A DNA stretch of 64,000 bases from Selaginella moellendorffii (lineage: Eukaryota; Plantae; Lycopodiophyta). A program made the translations under genes and the position numbers. The stretch lies in assembly GCF_000143415.4 (NCBI RefSeq), contig NW_003314279.1, positions 788,662 to 852,661 on the forward strand, in the 5' to 3' direction. The notes beneath the pieces were generated by a model, which was not told the origin of the DNA, did not search any database, and saw only the letters and a program-made list of their open reading frames with translations. This document shows positions 1 to 13,368 of the stretch, one piece after another (positions within the stretch are counted from its first letter, which is position 1; each line of letters opens with the position of its first letter).

Positions 1-489
1 TAGTGCACATGGTTCTTACCTTTATCCTATAGTGATTTACCATAGGATAACCATGAAGCGGAACTTAAACCCTCTATGTGCCACGTGTTATATGCCACAT
101 GTCACATGCTAAGTGTCTATAGGATAGTGGTGTGGAACCCAAGGTTTAGGGCCTTGGGCCATTGAATGAAGGAACGGTGCCAAACTCCCATATATGGAGC
201 CAAGGAGTGATGAAACCAGTCCACGAACAACTCCCAAGCATACAGCCCAAGGAGTGTGTGAAACACAAAATCCCTAGGCCCCAAAGTGGAGCCGAAAGGG
301 TGCCATGTGGTAGTGGCCGAAGCAAAAGCCAAACGAACATAACACGTTTGGACTAAAAGGCTCTGACTTGAAAGGTCGAGAGTGGGAGTGGAACTCCCAA
401 CAGAGTGCTTAAGGAATGAGCATGAAGCGAGCAATAAGTGAGGCTCCAAAAAGGGACCTAAAAGGACCAACATATCACACATGGAAGTG

Positions 490-1085
490 TCCAAGATGGA
501 GTTCGAGGTGGACCCGAGATGGAGTTTGAGATGGAGTCCGAGATGGACCTGAGTTGGAGTCCAAGGTGGAGTCCAAGATGGAGTCCGAGATGGACCGAGA
601 TGGAGTCCGAGATGGAGTTCGAGAAGTACCCGAGATGGAGTCCAAGATGGACCCTAGATGGAGTTCGAGATGGACCGAGATGGAGTCCAAGATGGAGTTC
701 GAGATGGACCCGAGATGGAATTCAAGATGGACCCGAGATGGAGTCCGAGATGGACCCGAGATGGAGTCCGAGATGGACTCGAGATGGAGTCCAAGATGGA
801 GTCCGAAATGGACCGAGACAGAGTCCGAGATGGAGTCCGAGATGGACCCGAGATGGAATCCGAGATGGAGTCCGAGATGGACCCGAGATGGAATCCGAGA
901 TGGAGTCCGAGAAGGACCCAAGATGGAGTCTGAGGTCAAGACCAAGACCGGGACTGAGATCGGGACCGAGACCGAGACTGAGATCGGGACCGAGACCGAG
1001 ACCGACCGAGACCGGGACCGAGACTAAGATCAAGGCCGAGGCTGAGTCCAAGTCCGAGTCCAAGTCCGAGTCCGAGTTCGAGTCT
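490..1085 (+). repeat. LTR-A satellite: GAGATGGAGTCC/GAGATGGACCC 12/11-mers followed by GAGACC and GAGTCC hexamers
   Basis: Directly visible tandem units. Confidence 0.95.
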
Positions 1086-4000
1086 GAGAGGGTGAAAGCC
1101 CAAAGCGTTTGTCTCCCAGACCCTGGGGGGTTTGGTAAGCTCCAAAAGTATAGTAAGGAGGAGGACTGTAGTGGAGCCAATTTGGCCAGGAAAGGCCAGT
1201 TTGGCCCAGGAAGGCCAGACCCAGTATTGGGTGATGAATTGACCACTGGGAAGTCCAAGACTAGAGTGAATACAGACCGATAAGCAGGGTAGCTTGGTGA
1301 AGTGTTCAAGAGCCGGCTTTAGTTCCCTCGGGAGATTGACTGCCGATGCTCCCAGTCCAAGTGTGGGTGGCACTACCTACTTGGATACCTGGTGTGGCTC
1401 AACGGAACCTCGCTCTAAGCCCATGGCTAGAGCACCTAAAGGCGGAAGGTGGGGAGAGTACCCACGGGGCTCGCGTAAGGTTACAGTGTTCCGAAATGTT
1501 GTCCCGAAGTCCTAAATAGGGGTAAGGAGGAGGAGCAGTCCTCTAGTGTAGTGACTATGGATACGGTCACATGGTGAGGAAGGTCCTAAGAGTGGGCTTG
1601 TCCTTGAGGAGTAGCAAGTTGGGAAGACATGGCTCTCCACTACAGTTCACATGTGAACTTGTAGGCAAGATGGTGGATAGAAAAGGGCCAATGATGGAAC
1701 GATTTTGGGATCTTGGGAACAGTGTAAGGCTTTCCTCATTGAGTGAGGATGTGATTCAGATGAGCATTTGATGCAGCAAACGGGCTAACATAGTTGTGGT
1801 AAACAACTATAGTTGGGATCACGGGAAAGATGTAGACTCCAAAACAATAAAGGAGTCACAAGATTACCCTTATATAGTTGAGGCTGATGCTTATAACTTT
1901 GAGACCGGAATTGATGACCATGGGAGATCAAATACAGAAGAGGACACAAGTCCTCGAAATGGTAGCCGGGGCTACCTCTAATAAATGCTGGAACAACCCA
2001 AGGAGTTGGGGGTGTACTCAGAGGATGAGTTGGTATTCTCATCACATGGACAAATGGTCCTAAGGGGCAAAAGGTTGCCCCAAGAGAACAAATCAAGTGT
2101 CAGAGTAACACTTGCAAAGATGGTCCTTGTGAGTAGGACCTGAATACAAGAAGTTGTATTCCAGTGAGTTAACACCTCAAAGGTAGGACCTCACGGGTTG
2201 TCAAATGATAAAGTCCAAAAAGTTGGATGACTCAAATAAGAGTCAAAGAATAATCCTAAGGGATTGGTTGAAGCATTTGGACTGAGATGTATGGTGTCCT
2301 ATGAGGTTTGGGGAGGATCATAAGATCCAAGTATGAAAACAGTAGGTATCTCATTGATAGCAGAATGTGCCATACTAAAGTTATGAGAAAGATGTTCCCA
2401 AAAGAAAGCAACTTTGGCTCAGAGTTGGGTGCAAACACTATGGTGCGGTGCTAACGGATAGTTAGCATGAGGAACAACCATATTAGCCTTGGCAAAAACC
2501 TAGACGCTAATAAGTAGTGTCATAAGGATGGGCTAGTGGGGCCAAGGGTGTGGAGACACCAAATGTGCCAAGGTGTGATACTTTGAGGTTATATTGATAG
2601 GTTTATAAGAACCCCTTTGCCAAAGGGAATCCTAACGGAAATAGGAATGGCATAGCCTAAGCTGGAAGGTATGTGGTAGAGTGTAGTGACCAAAACAATA
2701 ATGGAGGTGTGGAAGCATCAGCAATGAGTTATAGGACTTGACAACTATGAGGCAACTAAGTAAAAGGTGCAAGATAATTTGTTAAACTGGTAGAAAGTAG
2801 TTACCCAAGACATTTTAATGGTATAAGGAAGTTAGATATACCCTTATGTAGAATAAATTGCTTATGTTGTGATATAGTAAATCAATGTCATAAAAGAGAA
2901 TGCTCATTGTCTAAGAGGCCATCATTTGGGACATCCAAACACTCTAGAACACCAGGAGGTGGTGTTTGATGTCGCGAGGGTAGTAGATAAGGCCCAAGGG
3001 ACTAAGTCCCTAACGAATGATGGATAGAAAGTGCTATCCAAATGTCCAAGGTGGCGGAGATGGGAGAAGATTGTTTACCCGAATTGGACAAAGCCAAAAA
3101 TGAAATTTTGGCAAGGCTAGTGATGGGCATGTAAGGGCCCATAAGCAACAACATTAATCCCGGTATGTGAGATTATACGGTGAGTATACCTGAATTAAGG
3201 AACCACTCCCTGAGTTGTCGGGTAGGTTCATCCCCAAGAATACTTGCTAAGGCATGGTAGAAAGTGCAAAGCTATCCTCCTAGTTTGGAGGCGAATAGCT
3301 GAAAGAAAGGTGTAAAGCCAAAAAACAAGTAGTAAAGGGATAGAACTAAACCATAGGAATCGAAGGGCATAACCAAGGGTGGTTATGCCAGTTGGGAGTG
3401 GAGAATCAAGTGAGGGCTCAAGGGTGTTATTGCTAGCAACCGTGATGCCATGGAATGTCTAAAATATGGAATTGTCCATGTTAAATTATATGGCAATTAA
3501 AAAGCTTATGAAAAAGGAGGCCTTAGCAAGCTAAAGGACAGAGTTCCTTTGAAGTTCCTAAAGACGATTCTAGGTAGCTTAATACCTAGAAAGGCCAAGT
3601 GTAAATGGTTCCTAGAGTGCGCAAAATTAAAGTGGTGCAGTAGAAGCGTGGTCTTGAAGCTGGCCATGAGGCGAGGCTATCAAGGTTGGGGAAGTAGTTC
3701 CCGAGTGTTCAAAGAGAGGGCTTTGAACGAAAGTTGATGGTTAAGGACTTTCACATTTATGCATGAACTATGTTACGGTGGCCGGATGACTTGCTAAGTG
3801 AGATTGGCAAGTTAGGGGGACAAATCCCCTAGTTGAAGGTGCTAACTTCAAAAGGGGTGGCCCATGGGGCCGAGCATGGAAGAGTCCATGCATGATCACA
3901 GACGTATCAAGTGAGAGGACTTGGCAGTGCGGGGGAACTAGGTTCCTAAGTTGTAATCTATAGTGTGCTTTAAAAATAAGTTAGTGCATTGGCGTGGGGA

Positions 4001-5807
4001 GTCATGCTAGGCATCTAGAGTGATGCCGTTTGTAGATGCATATACGAAGGTTGGGTTCGAGTCCCAACCCTATAGTGCTTGGGTTCGAGTCCCAAATCAC
4101 TAGGGCGTGGTGATGTTTTGGAATATGAGGACACTCATATTTCGGTGGTCATGGACTCTCAGTGAGGAGATTGGTTTGGGCACACTGCCAAGCAAGGGAT
4201 GCCTCGGAGTCATGATGCACGGTTAAATTGTTTAAAGTGAAAGCTTAGCATATCTAACTTGAACACTTTGGTGCAAAGGGCACCAAGGACGTGGTGAATG
4301 AGATGGGGACACCTTGTCTCAGTTGCTATGGATCCTTGGCCGGAAGGGCTGGCTTGGGCGCATTGCCAAGTGTGGAGGATGCCATCGGGGTCTGGAATAG
4401 TCAACAATTTAAAAGGGTCTGGAATACCTAGTTCCTATTGGTAGACCTGTTAAGGGGTCAAGATGAGATCACTAGGTGATTTTGTGGCTAAACCAAGACA
4501 AGGTCTTTATTTGGGTTAAGGAATATGATTCCCAGTTCAAAGGGTTGATTTGAACTATTGATAATGGTGTGGCTTGGTTGAGGTGACCAAGTGGGAAGGA
4601 CACCTAAAGGGAAATCAGTTATGCCAATACGATGGTATAGTAAGTCCAAGAAAGTAGTCTCGGGGAAAGACCCATGGGAGGGTCGCAAAGTTGGGCCGTG
4701 GATGAAGCCCGTAGCAGAAATTGCTAAAGAGACCTACTAGGGGTGAGCACCCGCTGGACTTAGCAAAGTAGAGCCTTTGCCATGGAACCAAAAGGATACC
4801 TCGAGAATGGAGGTAGTGATCCTATGTTGCTCAATGCAACAATCAATGAATAAAAGCAAAAGACTAGTGGCCAAGTGTGGGCCATGGAGTTCATTGGAAG
4901 GAATCCAAATGGCAAAGTTAGGCATGGAACACTAATGTGTTGGATGCTAACGGATTGTGAGAAAGGAAGTATGCTTCCAAGGATGGATTCCCAAATGCTC
5001 CAAGTTGGCAAAGGTGAAAGCTCCAAGAGAGGGAGTAGTGAAGTAGCCAAAGGATAGGGCCGTGGATAGCTCTAGCACAATTTATGATGGCTGGAACTTG
5101 GTGCCAAAAGTGGCATAAAATAGAAAGGAGGACGATGGTGCCCTCAAGTGGGGAGCTTCCTAGAATGGGAAGTGAAGTTGCACAATATATGTAGTGAAAG
5201 GTGTCAAAGATACCAAAGAAATTGACTTCGAGAAGTCAAAATTAAAAGTTCCAAAGTGATTTGGTTGTGTCAATAGAAGATGGGACTACTCAAGAATGAA
5301 TAGTAGGATTGAGCTAGAGAATGGGTCTCTAATGGGTTTAGCGAGAGCAAACCCAATAAAAGGGAGAGAACCACCTGAGGTGGTCAAATAAATCTCTATG
5401 TTAGAGACACTATGCTCTTTAGAGGTTGGACAAAGCATAGTGAGCCTTTGGTGTCAAACCATTGACAAATATTGGCTAAGTGCCAAGGATGGTGAGGTAA
5501 TACATGCTAGTGTTACTTTATAAAATGGTTTATTGTTTGATGAGGACATTGAACTTCGTCTATGGGTGGTGGAGTTGTGAGACACAAAATCCCTAGGCCC
5601 CAAAGTGGAGCCGAAAGGGTGCCACGTGGTAGTAGCCGAAGCAAAAGCCAAACGAGCATAACACGTTTGGATTAAAAGGCTCCGACTTGAAAGGTCGAGA
5701 GCGGGAGTGGAACTCCCAACGGAGTGCTCAAGGAACGAGCATGAAGCGAGCAATAAGTGAGGCTCCAAAAAGGGACCCAAAAGGACCAACACATCACATG
5801 TAGAAGT

Positions 5808-6245
5808 GTCCGAGATGGAGTTCGAGGTGGACCCGAGATGGAGTCCAAGATAGAGTCCGAGATGGACCCGAGTTGGAGTCCGAGGTGGAGTCTGAGATGG
5901 AGTTTGATATGGACCAAGATGGAGTCCGAGAAGGACCCGAGATGGAGTCCAAAATGGACCCGAGATGGAGTCCGAGATGGACCGAGATGGAGTCTGAGAT
6001 GGAGTCCGAGATGGACCTGAGATGGAGTCCAAAATGGAGTCGAAATGGACCGAGATGGAGTCCGAGGTCAAGATCGAGACCGGGACTGAGACCGGGACCA
6101 AGACCGAGACCGAGACTGAGACCGAGACCGGGACCGAGACCGAGACCGGGACCAAGACCGAGACCAAGCCCGAGGCCGAGACCAAGCCCGAGCCCGAGTC
6201 CGAGTCTGAGTCTGAGTCCGAGTCCGAGTCTGAGTTCGAGTCTGA
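5808..6245 (+). repeat. LTR-A satellite (A1 3' LTR)
   Basis: Same tandem units, shorter array. Confidence 0.95.
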
Positions 6246-6839
6246 GAAGGTGAAAGCCCAAAGCGTTCATCTCCCAAACCCTAGGGGGTTTGGTGAGCTC
6301 CAAAAGTATAGTAAGGGGGAGGATTGCAGTGGAGTCAGTTTGGCCAAGAAAGGCCAGTTTGGCCCAGGAAGGCCAGACCCAATGTTGGGTGATGAACTGA
6401 CTACTGGGAAGTCCAAGACTAGAGTGAATATAGACCGACAAGCAGGGTAGCTTGGTGAAGTGTTCAAGAGCCGACTCTAGTTCCCCCAGGAGATCGACTG
6501 GCCAATGCTCCCAGTCCAAGTGTGGGTGGCACTACCTACTTGGATACCTGGTGTGGCTCAACAAAACCTCGCTCGAAGCCCATGGCTAGAGCACCTAAAA
6601 ACAGAAGTGTGAGACACAAAATCCCTAGGCCCCAAAGTGGAGCCGGAAGGGCGCCACATGGTAGTGGCCGAAGCGAGAGCCAAACGAGCGTAACACGTTT
6701 GGACCAAAAGCTCCAACTTGAAAAGTCAAGAGCGGGAGTGGAACTCCCAATGAAGTGCTCGAGGAACGAGCACGAAGCGAGCAAAAGGCGAGGCTCCAAA
6801 AAGGGGACCCAAAAGGACCAACACATGACACGTGGGAGT

Positions 6840-7406
6840 GTCCGAGATGGAGTCCGAAGTGGAGTCTGAGGTGGACCCGAGTTGGAGTCCAAAGTGGAGT
6901 CCGAGATGGACCCGAGATGGACCCGAAATGGAGTCCGAGATGGAGTCCGAGGTGGACCCGAGATGGACCCGAAATGGAGTCCGAGATGGACCCGAGATGG
7001 AGTCCGAGATGGAGTCCGAGATGGAGTCCGAGGTGGACCCAAGATGGACCCGAAATGGAGTCCGAGATGGAGTCCGAGATGGACCCGAGATGGAGTCCGA
7101 GATGGAGTCCGAGATGGACCCGAGATGGACCCGAAATAGAGTCCGAGATGGAGTCCGAGATGGACCCGAGATGGAGTCCGAGATGGAGTCCGAGATGGAC
7201 CCGAGATGGACCCGAGATGGAGTCCGAGATGGAGTCCGAGATGGAGTCCGAGATGGAGTCCGAAGTCGAGACCGAGACCGGAACCGAGACCGGGACCGAG
7301 ACCGAGACCGAGACCGAGATCGGGACCGAGACCGAGACCGAGGCCGAGGCCAAGACCGAGCCCGAGCCCGAGTCCGAGTCCGAGTCCGAGTCCGAGTCCG
7401 AGTCCG
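6840..7406 (+). repeat. LTR-A satellite (A2 5' LTR)
   Basis: Tandem units as above. Confidence 0.95.
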
Positions 7407-7472
7407 GAGCCTGAGAGGGTGAAGCCCAAAGCGTTCGTCTCCCAGACCCTGGGGGGTTTGGTGAGCCCCAAA

Positions 7473-7572
7473 NNNNNNNNNNNNNNNNNNNNNNNNNNNN
7501 NNNNNNNNNNNNNNNNNNNNNNNNNNNNNNNNNNNNNNNNNNNNNNNNNNNNNNNNNNNNNNNNNNNNNNNN
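7473..7572. other. Scaffold gap (100 N)
   Basis: N run. The sister LTR implies only ~36 bp is actually missing. Confidence 0.98.
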
Positions 7573-8475
7573 GGCCAGGAAAGGCCAGTTTGGCCCAGGA
7601 AGGCCAGACCCAGTGTTGGGTGATGAACTGACCACTGGGAAGTCCAAGACTAGAGTGAATACGGACCGACAAGCGGGGTAGCTTGGTGAAGTGTTCAAGA
7701 GCCGGCTCTAGTTCCCCCGGGAGATCGACTGGCTGATGCTCCCAGTCCAAGTGTGGGTGGCACTACCTACTTGGATACCTGGTGTGGCTCAACGGAACCC
7801 GCTCTAAGCCCATGGCTAGAGCACCTAAAGGCGATAGATGGGGAGAGTACCCAGGTGGCTCGCGTAAGGCCACGGTGTTCCGAAATGTTGTCCCAAAGGC
7901 CCAGACTGTGGAAAGGAAGAGGAGCAGTCCTCTGGGGTAGTGACCAAGGACATAGTCATGTGGTGAGGAAGTCCCAGAGGACCGTGGGACTTAGTGGTCG
8001 GGCCTGTGGGCCTCGATCCAGTGGCAGTGTTGGCAAACACGGCCAGGGGCAGAAAGGGACTTGGTAGGAACTGACAAAGGGACTTTGGGGAAGGCAACTC
8101 CCCAGGTCTGTGGGCATCCTAAGGATGCTAAGGAGTGGATCTAGGATGACCACTCGTGGACACATGGCCCAGTCTTGGAGAGACGGGGTGGTGATGCAAG
8201 TGGTGTTGAACCACTAGTGCAGTAAAGGTGAATGGCCATGGCCTTAGCGTAACGGGCCGAGATGTTAGTGGTACCTTTGGGTGTCGGTCTCAGGACCGGA
8301 CACGTGGAGCACTTGGACCAGGTGCAAGTGTGGAGTGGCATGGATGCCATTCTTGGGGCTAGCAAGTCCCAAGTCCTAAATTGGACCTATGGAGGTTGTG
8401 AACGAGACTCCTCTAAGTGGTTGGAGGTGTGGTTAAGTGACTAAAGTAGAATGGAAAAATTAGTCGCTTACAATT

Positions 8476-8487
8476 TGGTATCGGAGC
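8476..8487 (+). promoter_or_regulatory. Primer-binding site for tRNA-iMet (variant TGGTATCGGAGC)
   Basis: 3 nt downstream of the LTR end; one A-to-G change from the plant iMet PBS TGGTATCAGAGC. Confidence 0.9.
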
Positions 8488-11400
8488 TGTTCCTTAGTCC
8501 GACTTTTATTGGTGCTCAAGTATATCACCACTAGTGTTGGCATCGGAAGGTCCGAGGAGTGGGCCTATCCTTGAGGAGTAGCAAGTCGGGAAGACATGGC
8601 TCTCCACTACAGTTCATGTGTGAACTTGTAGACGAGGTGGTGGATAGAAAAGGGCCAATAATGGAACGACTTTGGGATCTTGGGAACAGTGCAAGGTTTT
8701 CCTCATTGAGTTGAGGATGTGATCCGGATGAGCATTTGTCTCAGCAAATTGGCTTAGGTTGTTGTGGTAAACAACTAAAGTTGGGATCACGGGAAAGATA
8801 GAGACTCCAAAACAATAAAGGAGTCACAAGATTATCCTCATATAGTTGAGGTTGGTGCTCATGAATGTGAGACCAAAGGTAATGACCGTGGAAGGTCAAA
8901 TACGGAAGAGGACTCAAGTCCTTGAAATGGTGGCCGGGGCTACCTCTAATAAATGCTGGAACAACCCAAGGAGTTGGGGGTGTATTAAGTGGATGAGTTG
9001 GTGTTCTCATCACATGGACAAGTAGTCCTAAGGGGCAAAGGTTGCCCCTAGAGAACAAAATCAAGTGTCGGAGTAACACTTGTGAAAATAGTCCTTTTGA
9101 GTAGGACAGGAACGCAAAAAGTGTATTCTAGTGAACTAGTGCCTCACAAGTAGGACCTTACGGGTCTGTGGATTAACCAAGTCCAAAACTGCTGGATGAC
9201 TCAAGTAGAGTCAACGAATGGTCCTAAAAGGACTGAATGAAGCATTTGGACTGAGGTGCGTTGTACCCCACAAAGGATGGGGGGGGGATCATAGGATCCA
9301 AGGATGAGAACAGAGAGTATCTCATCGATGGCAAAATGTGCCATGCTAAAGTTATGGGAAAGGTGTTCCCAGAAGAAAACAACTTTGACATAAAGTTGTG
9401 TGTGACCTCTATGGGGCAGTGCTAACAGACGGTTGGCATGAGAAAGAGCGGTGTTGGTCTTGGCAAAGACTTAGACACGAAGGGAAATGTCATAGAGGTA
9501 GGCTCGTGGAGCCGATGGTGTGGAGACACCAAATGTGCCAAGGTGTGATACCTTGAGGCTATGTTGGTGGGTTCATGAGAACCCCTTGCCAAAGGAATCC
9601 CAATGGAAATGGGAATGGCATAGCCTAAGCTGCAGAGCATGCAGTTGGAGTGTGGTGACCCAGATGGTGATGGAGGTGTGCAAGCACCAAGCAATGAGTT
9701 GTAGAACTTGACAACCATGAGGCAACTAAGCAAGAGGTGCAAAATAACTGGTTAAACGGGTAGAAGGTAGCTACCCAAGACTTCTAGTATAGGGAAGTCG
9801 GATATACCCTTACGGGGGATAAGTTGCTTATGTTGCGATATAGTAAGTCAATGTCATAAAAGGAAATACTCATTGTCAAGAAAGCCATCATTGGGACACC
9901 CGAACACTCTAGAACACCAGAAGGTGGTGTTTGATGTCGCGAGGGCAATGGATAAAGCCCAAGGGACTAAGTCCCTAGCGAATGGTGGATAGAAGGTGCT
10001 ATCCAAATGTCCAAGGTTGCGGAGACAGGAGAGGACTGTCTACCCGAGTTGGACAAAGCCAAAAATGGAATTTTGGCAAGGCTAGTGATGGGCATGTAAA
10101 GGCCCATAAGCAACAATGTAATCCCAGCGTGTTGGATTATAAGGTGAGCATACCCGGATTGAGGAACCACTCCCTAGGCTATTGGGTAGGTTCATCCCTA
10201 AGAATACTTGCTAAGGCATGATAGAAAGTGCAAAGCTATCCTCCTGGTCTGGAGGAGAATGACCAAAGGAAAGGTGTGAAGCCAAAAAGCAAGAAGGGGA
10301 TAGAACCGAACCATAGGAATGAAAGGGCATAACCAAGGTTGGTTATGCCAGCTGGGAGTGGAGAATCAAGAGGGTGCTCGAGGATGTTGTTGCTAGCAAC
10401 CGTGATGCCATAGAGGGTCTAAAATATGGAATTGTCCATGTTAGACTATATGGCAACTATAAAGCTTGCGAAAGGGGAGGCCTTAGCAAGTTGAGGGACA
10501 GAGTTCCTTCAAGGTTCCCAAAGACGATTCTAGGTAGCGTAGTACCTAGAAATGCCAAGTGTAAATGGTTCATGGAACGCGCGAAATCAGAGTGGCGCAG
10601 CAGAAGCGTGGTCTTGAAGCTTGCCATGAGGCAAGGTTATCAAGGTTAGGGAAGTAGTTCCCGAGTGTTCAAAGAGAGGGCTTTGAACGAAAGTCGATGG
10701 TCAAGGACTTTCACGCTTATGCAGGAACCATGTTACAATGGTCGGAGAACTTGCCAAGTGAGATTAGCACGTCGGGGGAACAAAGACCCTAGTTGAAGGT
10801 GATAACTTCAAAAAGGGTGGGCCATGGGGCCGAGCATGGAGGAGTCCATGCATGATCATAGACATGTCAAGTGAGAGGACTTGGCAGTGTGGAGGAACTA
10901 GGTTCCTAAGCTGTGATCTGTAGCGCGCTTTAAAAAATAAGTTGGTGCACCGGCGTGGGGAGTCACGCCAGGCATCTTGTGTGATGCCATCCGTAGATGC
11001 ATATACGGAGGTTGGGTTCGAGTCCCGACCCTCTAGTGCTTGGGTTCGAGTCCCAAATCACTAGGGCGTGGTGATGGTTTGGAATATGAGGACACTCATA
11101 TTTCGGTGGTCATGGACTCTCAGTGGGGAGACTGGTTTGGGCACACCGCCAAGCGAGGGATGCCTCGGAGTCGTGATGCACGGTTAGATTGCTTAGTGTG
11201 AAAGCTCAGTATATCTAACTTGAACGCTTTGGTGCAAGTGGCACCAAGGTCGTGGTGAGTGAGATGGGGACACCTAATCTCAGTTGCTATGAACCCTTGG
11301 CCGTAAGGGCTGGCTTGGGTGCACCGCCAAGTGTGGGGGATGCCCCCGGGGTTATAGTCGACAACTTGGAGGTCTAGAAGACCAAGTACCTCTTGGCAAC

Positions 11401-12795
11401 TCTGTTAAGGTGCCAAGGTGAGATCACTAGGTGATCTTATGGCCAGAAAAGGACAAGGTCCTTGGTTGGCTAAGGAATGAAGTTCCTGGTTCAAAATGTT
11501 GAAATTGAACTGTTTAAGGTGGTGTGGCTTGGTCGTGATAACCAAGTGGGAAGAGCACCTAAGGGAAATAAACTATGTCCGTGCGATGGCATAGTGAGTC
11601 CGAGGAAAGTAGTCTCTATAAAAGACCCATGGGAGGGTCACGAAGTTGGGCCGTGGATAGAGCCCATAGCAGAAGATGCTAAAGAGACGTACTAGGGGTG
11701 AACATCCTCCGGACTTGGCAAAGAAGAGTCTTTGCTATGGAACCGAAACAATACCTCAAGGAGGGAGGTAGAGATTCGATGTTGCTTGGTGCAACAATCA
11801 ACGGATAGGAGCAAAAGATGAGTGGCCAAGATAGGGCCGTGGAATCCCTTGGAAGGAATCCAAGTGACAAAGTTAGGCGAGGAACACTAATGTGTTGGAC
11901 GCTAACAAGTTGCGGGAAAGGAAGTGTGTTTCCAAGGAAGGATTCCGAATTGCTCCGATTTGGCAAAAGTGGAAGCTCCAAGGGAGGGAGCGGTAAGGTA
12001 GCCAAATGATAGGGCGATGAACAGCCCTAGCACAAAGTATGATAACTGGAACTTTGGCACGAAATAGAAGAGAGGATGATAGTGCCCTCGAGTAGAGAAC
12101 TTCCTAGGATGGGAAGTGGAGTTGCACAAAAGGTGCAAGGCAAGGTGTCGGAGACACCTAGGAAATTGACTCCAAGAAGTCAAAATTCAAAGTTCCAAAG
12201 TGCAAAGGTTATATCGATGGAAATTGAGACTACTCGAGAAGGAGTAGTGGGATTGACTTAGAGAAGGGTCTCTAAGAGGTTTAGCGAGAACTAAACCAAT
12301 AAAAGGAGAGAACCACTCCTTGTGGTCCAATCAGTCTCTAAGTTGGGGAGACTACCCTCCTTAGAGGATAGGCAAGGCATGGTGAGCCTTTGGTGTCAAA
12401 CCATTGAGGCATATGCAAAAGGCATGGTGAGCCTTCAATGTCAAACCATTGACAAATATTGGCTAGGTGCCAAGGATGGAAATGGTAACACATACGAGTG
12501 TTACTTTACAAAATGGTTTACCGTTCGATGAGGACATCGAACTTCGTCTATGGGTGGTGGAGTTGTGAGACACAAAATCCCTAGGCCCCAAAGTGGAGCC
12601 GGAAGGGCGCCACATGGTAGTGGCCGAAGCGAGAGCCAAACGAGCGTAACACGTTTGGACCAAAAGCTCCAACTTGAAAAGTCAAGAGCGGGAGTGGAAC
12701 TCCCAATGAAGTGCTCGAGGAACGAGCACGAAGCGAGCAAAAGGCGAGGCTCCAAAAAGGGGACCCAAAAGGACCAACACATGACACGTGGGAGT

Positions 12796-13368
12796 GTCCG
12801 AGATGGAGTCCGAAGTGGAGTCTGAGGTGGACCCGAGTTGGAGTCCAAAGTGGAGTCCGAGATGGACCCGAGATGGACCCGAAATGGAGTCCGAGATGGA
12901 GTCCGAGGTGGACCCGAGATGGACCCGAAATGGAGTCCGAGATGGACCCGAGATGGAGTCCGAGATGGAGTCCGAGATGGAGTCCGAGGTGGACCCAAGA
13001 TGGACCTGAAATGGAGTCCGAGATGGAGTCCGAGATGGACCCGAGATGGAGTCCGAGATGGAGTCCGAGATGGACCCGAGATGGACCCGAAATAGAGTCC
13101 GAGATGGAGTCCGAGATGGACCCGAGATGGAGTCCGAGATGGAGTCCGAGATGGACCCGAGATGGACCCGAGATGGAGTCCGAGATGGAGTCCGAGATGG
13201 AGTCCGAGATGGAGTCCGAAGTCGAGACCGAGACCGGAACCGAGACCGGGACCGAGACCGAGACCGAGACCGAGATCGGGACCGAGACCGAGACCGAGGC
13301 CGAGGCCAAGACCGAGCCCGAGCCCGAGTCCGAGTCCGAGTCCGAGTCCGAGTCCGAGTCCGAGTCCG
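12796..13368 (+). repeat. LTR-A satellite (A2 3' LTR)
   Basis: Tandem units; differs from the 5' LTR by about one GAGTCC unit. Confidence 0.95.

Noticed and set aside
11010-11066. tRNA gene or SINE
   Set aside because: Only T-arm hairpins are present; no D or anticodon arm, acceptor stem or poly-T/A tail could be identified.
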